A DNA stretch of 63,040 bases, counting the filler, from Candidatus Aminicenantales bacterium (GTDB taxonomy: Bacteria > Acidobacteriota > Aminicenantia > Aminicenantales > Saccharicenantaceae): the NCBI GenBank assembly GCA_049512315.1. It is 3 parts of 3 records of this genome, joined end to end, with 100 filler letters (N's around TTAATTAATTAA, not from the genome) between each part and the next. Parts side by side here need not be neighbours in the genome. Positions count along the whole stretch, not along the records: positions 56,040 to 63,040 come from JBEKXF010000065.1; 2 more parts are not named here. The stretch is one strand, 5' to 3'. Both the position numbers and the translations under genes were made by a program. Below the pieces are notes generated by a model. It saw nothing but the letters and a program-made list of their open reading frames with translations, did no database searches and was not told the origin of the DNA. Below, one piece after another: positions 61,060-63,040 of the stretch (positions within the stretch are counted from its first letter, which is position 1; each line of letters opens with the position of its first letter).

Positions 61060-62196
61060 TCAGGCCTTGGCTTTGGCCTTCGCTTTTTTTACCGGCCTGG
61101 CGGCGCGGTCCTTCCGGCCGTATTTGCGGATGAATTTTTCGGTCAGCTCGCGGGCCTCGGTGTCGGTGGACTGCTTGGGGGGCGATTTCATGAAATAGGA
61201 CGAGGGGGAGAAGAGCGCGCCCTTGACCTTGTTGTTGAGGGCCAGCTTCACGCAGCGGACGGCGTCGATGACGACGCCCGCCGAATTGGGCGAGTCCTCG
61301 ACGGACAGCCGGCATTCGAGCGACGTCGGGACGTCGCCGAAGTGGCGGCTCTCGATCCGCAGGAAGCAGACCTTGTTGTCCTTCTGCCAGGGCACGTAAT
61401 CGCTCGGGCCGACGTGGACGTTCTCGGCCGCGATGTCGAGCCCCCGGTTGCGGATCTGGGAGACGACGGCGTTGGTCTTGGATTTTTTCTTGGAGTCCAG
61501 CCGCTCCCGCTCGAGCATGTTCAGGAAGTCCGTGTTCCCGCCGGTGTTGAGTTGGTAGGTCCGGTCGACGAGCATGCCCCGGTCGAGGTAGAGGTTGACC
61601 AGGGTCCGGTGGAGGATCGTGGCCCCGACCTGCGACTTGATGTCGTCGCCGATGACCGGGAGGCCCCGTTCCTGGAACCGTTTTTGCCAGTATTTCTGGC
61701 TGGCGATAAAGACGGGGATGCAGTTGACGAGGCCGCAGCCCGCGTCGAGGACCTGCTCGACATACCACTTCGTGGCCATCTCGCTGCCCACCGGCAGGTA
61801 GTTGATGACGACGTCCGCCTTGGTCTCCTTGAGAGTGCCGACGATGTCGGCGGTCGGGCCGGGGGCCTTCTCGATGATCTGGGAGAGGTACTTGCCCAGC
61901 CCATCGTGGGTCATCCCCCTCTGGACCTTGACGTTCAGGTAGGGTACGGAAGAGAACTTGGTCGTGTTGTTGGGACGGGTGAAGATCGCCTCGCTCAAGT
62001 CCTTGCCGACCTTGTTCTTGTCGATGTCGAACGCGGCGACGAACTCGATGTCGCGGATGTGGTAGCCGCCGAGGTTGACGTGCATGAGCCCGGGGACGAA
62101 ATCGTTTTCCTTGGCGTCCTTGTAATATTCCACGCCCTGGATGAGGGACGAGGCGCAGTTGCCCGCGCCGATGATGGCGACTCGGATCTTGCTCAT
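61060..62196 (-). CDS. ino1: myo-Inositol-3-phosphate synthase
   Basis: [48 protein letters not shown]. Confidence 0.96.
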   Translation of the reverse strand: MSKIRVAIIGAGNCASSLIQGVEYYKDAKENDFVPGLMHVNLGGYHIRDIEFVAAFDIDKNKVGKDLSEAIFTRPNNTTKFSSVPYLNVKVQRGMTHDGLGKYLSQIIEKAPGPTADIVGTLKETKADVVINYLPVGSEMATKWYVEQVLDAGCGLVNCIPVFIASQKYWQKRFQERGLPVIGDDIKSQVGATILHRTLVNLYLDRGMLVDRTYQLNTGGNTDFLNMLERERLDSKKKSKTNAVVSQIRNRGLDIAAENVHVGPSDYVPWQKDNKVCFLRIESRHFGDVPTSLECRLSVEDSPNSAGVVIDAVRCVKLALNNKVKGALFSPSSYFMKSPPKQSTDTEARELTEKFIRKYGRKDRAARPVKKAKAKAKA

Positions 62197-62199
62197 GGA

Positions 62200-62856
62200 T
62201 CAGACCTCCTTGGAGAGCCGGCTTTTTTCATATTTCCTGACGTAGAAGATTCTCTGCAGGGCGGTGAAATTGGAGATGACCGTGATGAAGGCCATGACGG
62301 CCAGGATGGCGGGGTCGATAACCCGGAAAACGATGCCCACGACCGTCCCGAGGAAGAGGAAGACGAACCGCTCCGCCCTCTGCATCATGCCCACCCGGCA
62401 GTCGACTCCAAGGCCCTCGGCCCGGGCCCGGGTATAGCTGACCATGATCGAGCCCAGGAAGGCGAAGAACATCAGCCAGACGCCCCAGCCGTGCCGGAAA
62501 TGATAGGCGAGGCCGATGTACATGAAGAACTCGGAGTAGCGGTCCAGGCTGGAGTCGAACATGGCGCCGAACAGGCTTTTCCGGTCCGCGTCCTTGGCCA
62601 CCTTGCCGTCCAGGATGTCGAAGATCCCGCAGACCAGGATGAAGGCGGCGGCCAGGCCCGGATGCTCGGCCGCATAGAAGAAGCCGACCGCGCCCCCGGC
62701 CAGGAGGCCCAGGACGGTCAGGACGTTCGGGCTGACCTTGAGGCGAACGAGGAAATGCGAGAAGCCGTCGGCGGCCCTGAGCCTTGCCGCGATCCAGGGC
62801 TCGGGCAGAAAACGGAAGTTGCTCTTGACCTCAGGATCCATGGCGGTTCTCGTCAT
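62200..62856 (-). CDS. CDP-alcohol phosphatidyltransferase (probable inositol-phosphate-utilising)
   Basis: DILDGKVAK...GAMFDSSLDR, SYTRARAE; operon with ino1. Confidence 0.9.
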   Translation of the reverse strand: MTRTAMDPEVKSNFRFLPEPWIAARLRAADGFSHFLVRLKVSPNVLTVLGLLAGGAVGFFYAAEHPGLAAAFILVCGIFDILDGKVAKDADRKSLFGAMFDSSLDRYSEFFMYIGLAYHFRHGWGVWLMFFAFLGSIMVSYTRARAEGLGVDCRVGMMQRAERFVFLFLGTVVGIVFRVIDPAILAVMAFITVISNFTALQRIFYVRKYEKSRLSKEV

Positions 62857-63040
62857 TTCCTCGATGAATCTAAGATTCTAATCCGAAACCCCGGCCAAAA
62901 TCAAGCCGGGGATGGTCCCTGTCAAGGCAACGTGAATACTTCCGGTCCTGGGCAACGTGAATCTTTCCGCTTTTGTCATCACCTAGGGTCTCTCGGGTAG
63001 TTCGCTTGCGAACCGGTCTCTGTAAACCTTCCAAGGATGC

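Noticed and set aside
56207..63000. Long ORFs 56207-57964, 56481-57866, 59576-60538 and 61342-63000
   Set aside because: Shadow ORFs of dnaG, glmU and ino1.

Overview
The window is three separate contigs joined by artificial N-TTAATTAATTAA-N linkers (28089-28188 and 55940-56039), so adjacency across these points is not evidence. Contig 1 (1-28088) is GC-rich housekeeping DNA of an anaerobic diderm bacterium; Aminicenantia/Acidobacteriota-like is my inference only. It carries tonB, secDF-yajC-tgt-ychF, lepB, recD2, a rubredoxin/rubrerythrin cluster, purA, alr, nifU-iscS-iscU-nadA, a site-2 protease, nth, amrS and archease. These are followed by a phage-satellite-like element (Cro-like HTH, Xis, replisome-organiser-like protein, ori-like repeats, possible small terminase). 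Contig 2 (28189-55939) is accessory DNA. It holds IS3-family remnants, an outer-membrane protein and an integrative element ending in a Xis-integrase fusion and a tRNA-His 3' fragment. The element carries a lower-GC defence island: SNF2-DUF3883 helicase, DUF1156 MTase, DUF499 ATPase, beta-class DNA MTase, GHKL ATPase, a putative SAM-dependent MTase, PIN-GNAT-PUA and ASCH. Divergent from this methyltransferase-rich operon is a promoter-driven SAM-I/IV-type riboswitch with a complete RBS-sequestering expression platform upstream of an unknown ORF. This candidate SAM-depletion sensor beside SAM-dependent defence genes is the most interesting signal. Contig 3 (56040-63040) is housekeeping again: rpoD 5' end, dnaG, larB, a TPR protein, an atypical glmU, ino1 and a CDP-alcohol phosphatidyltransferase. 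All family assignments are from motif recognition by eye; no searches were run.
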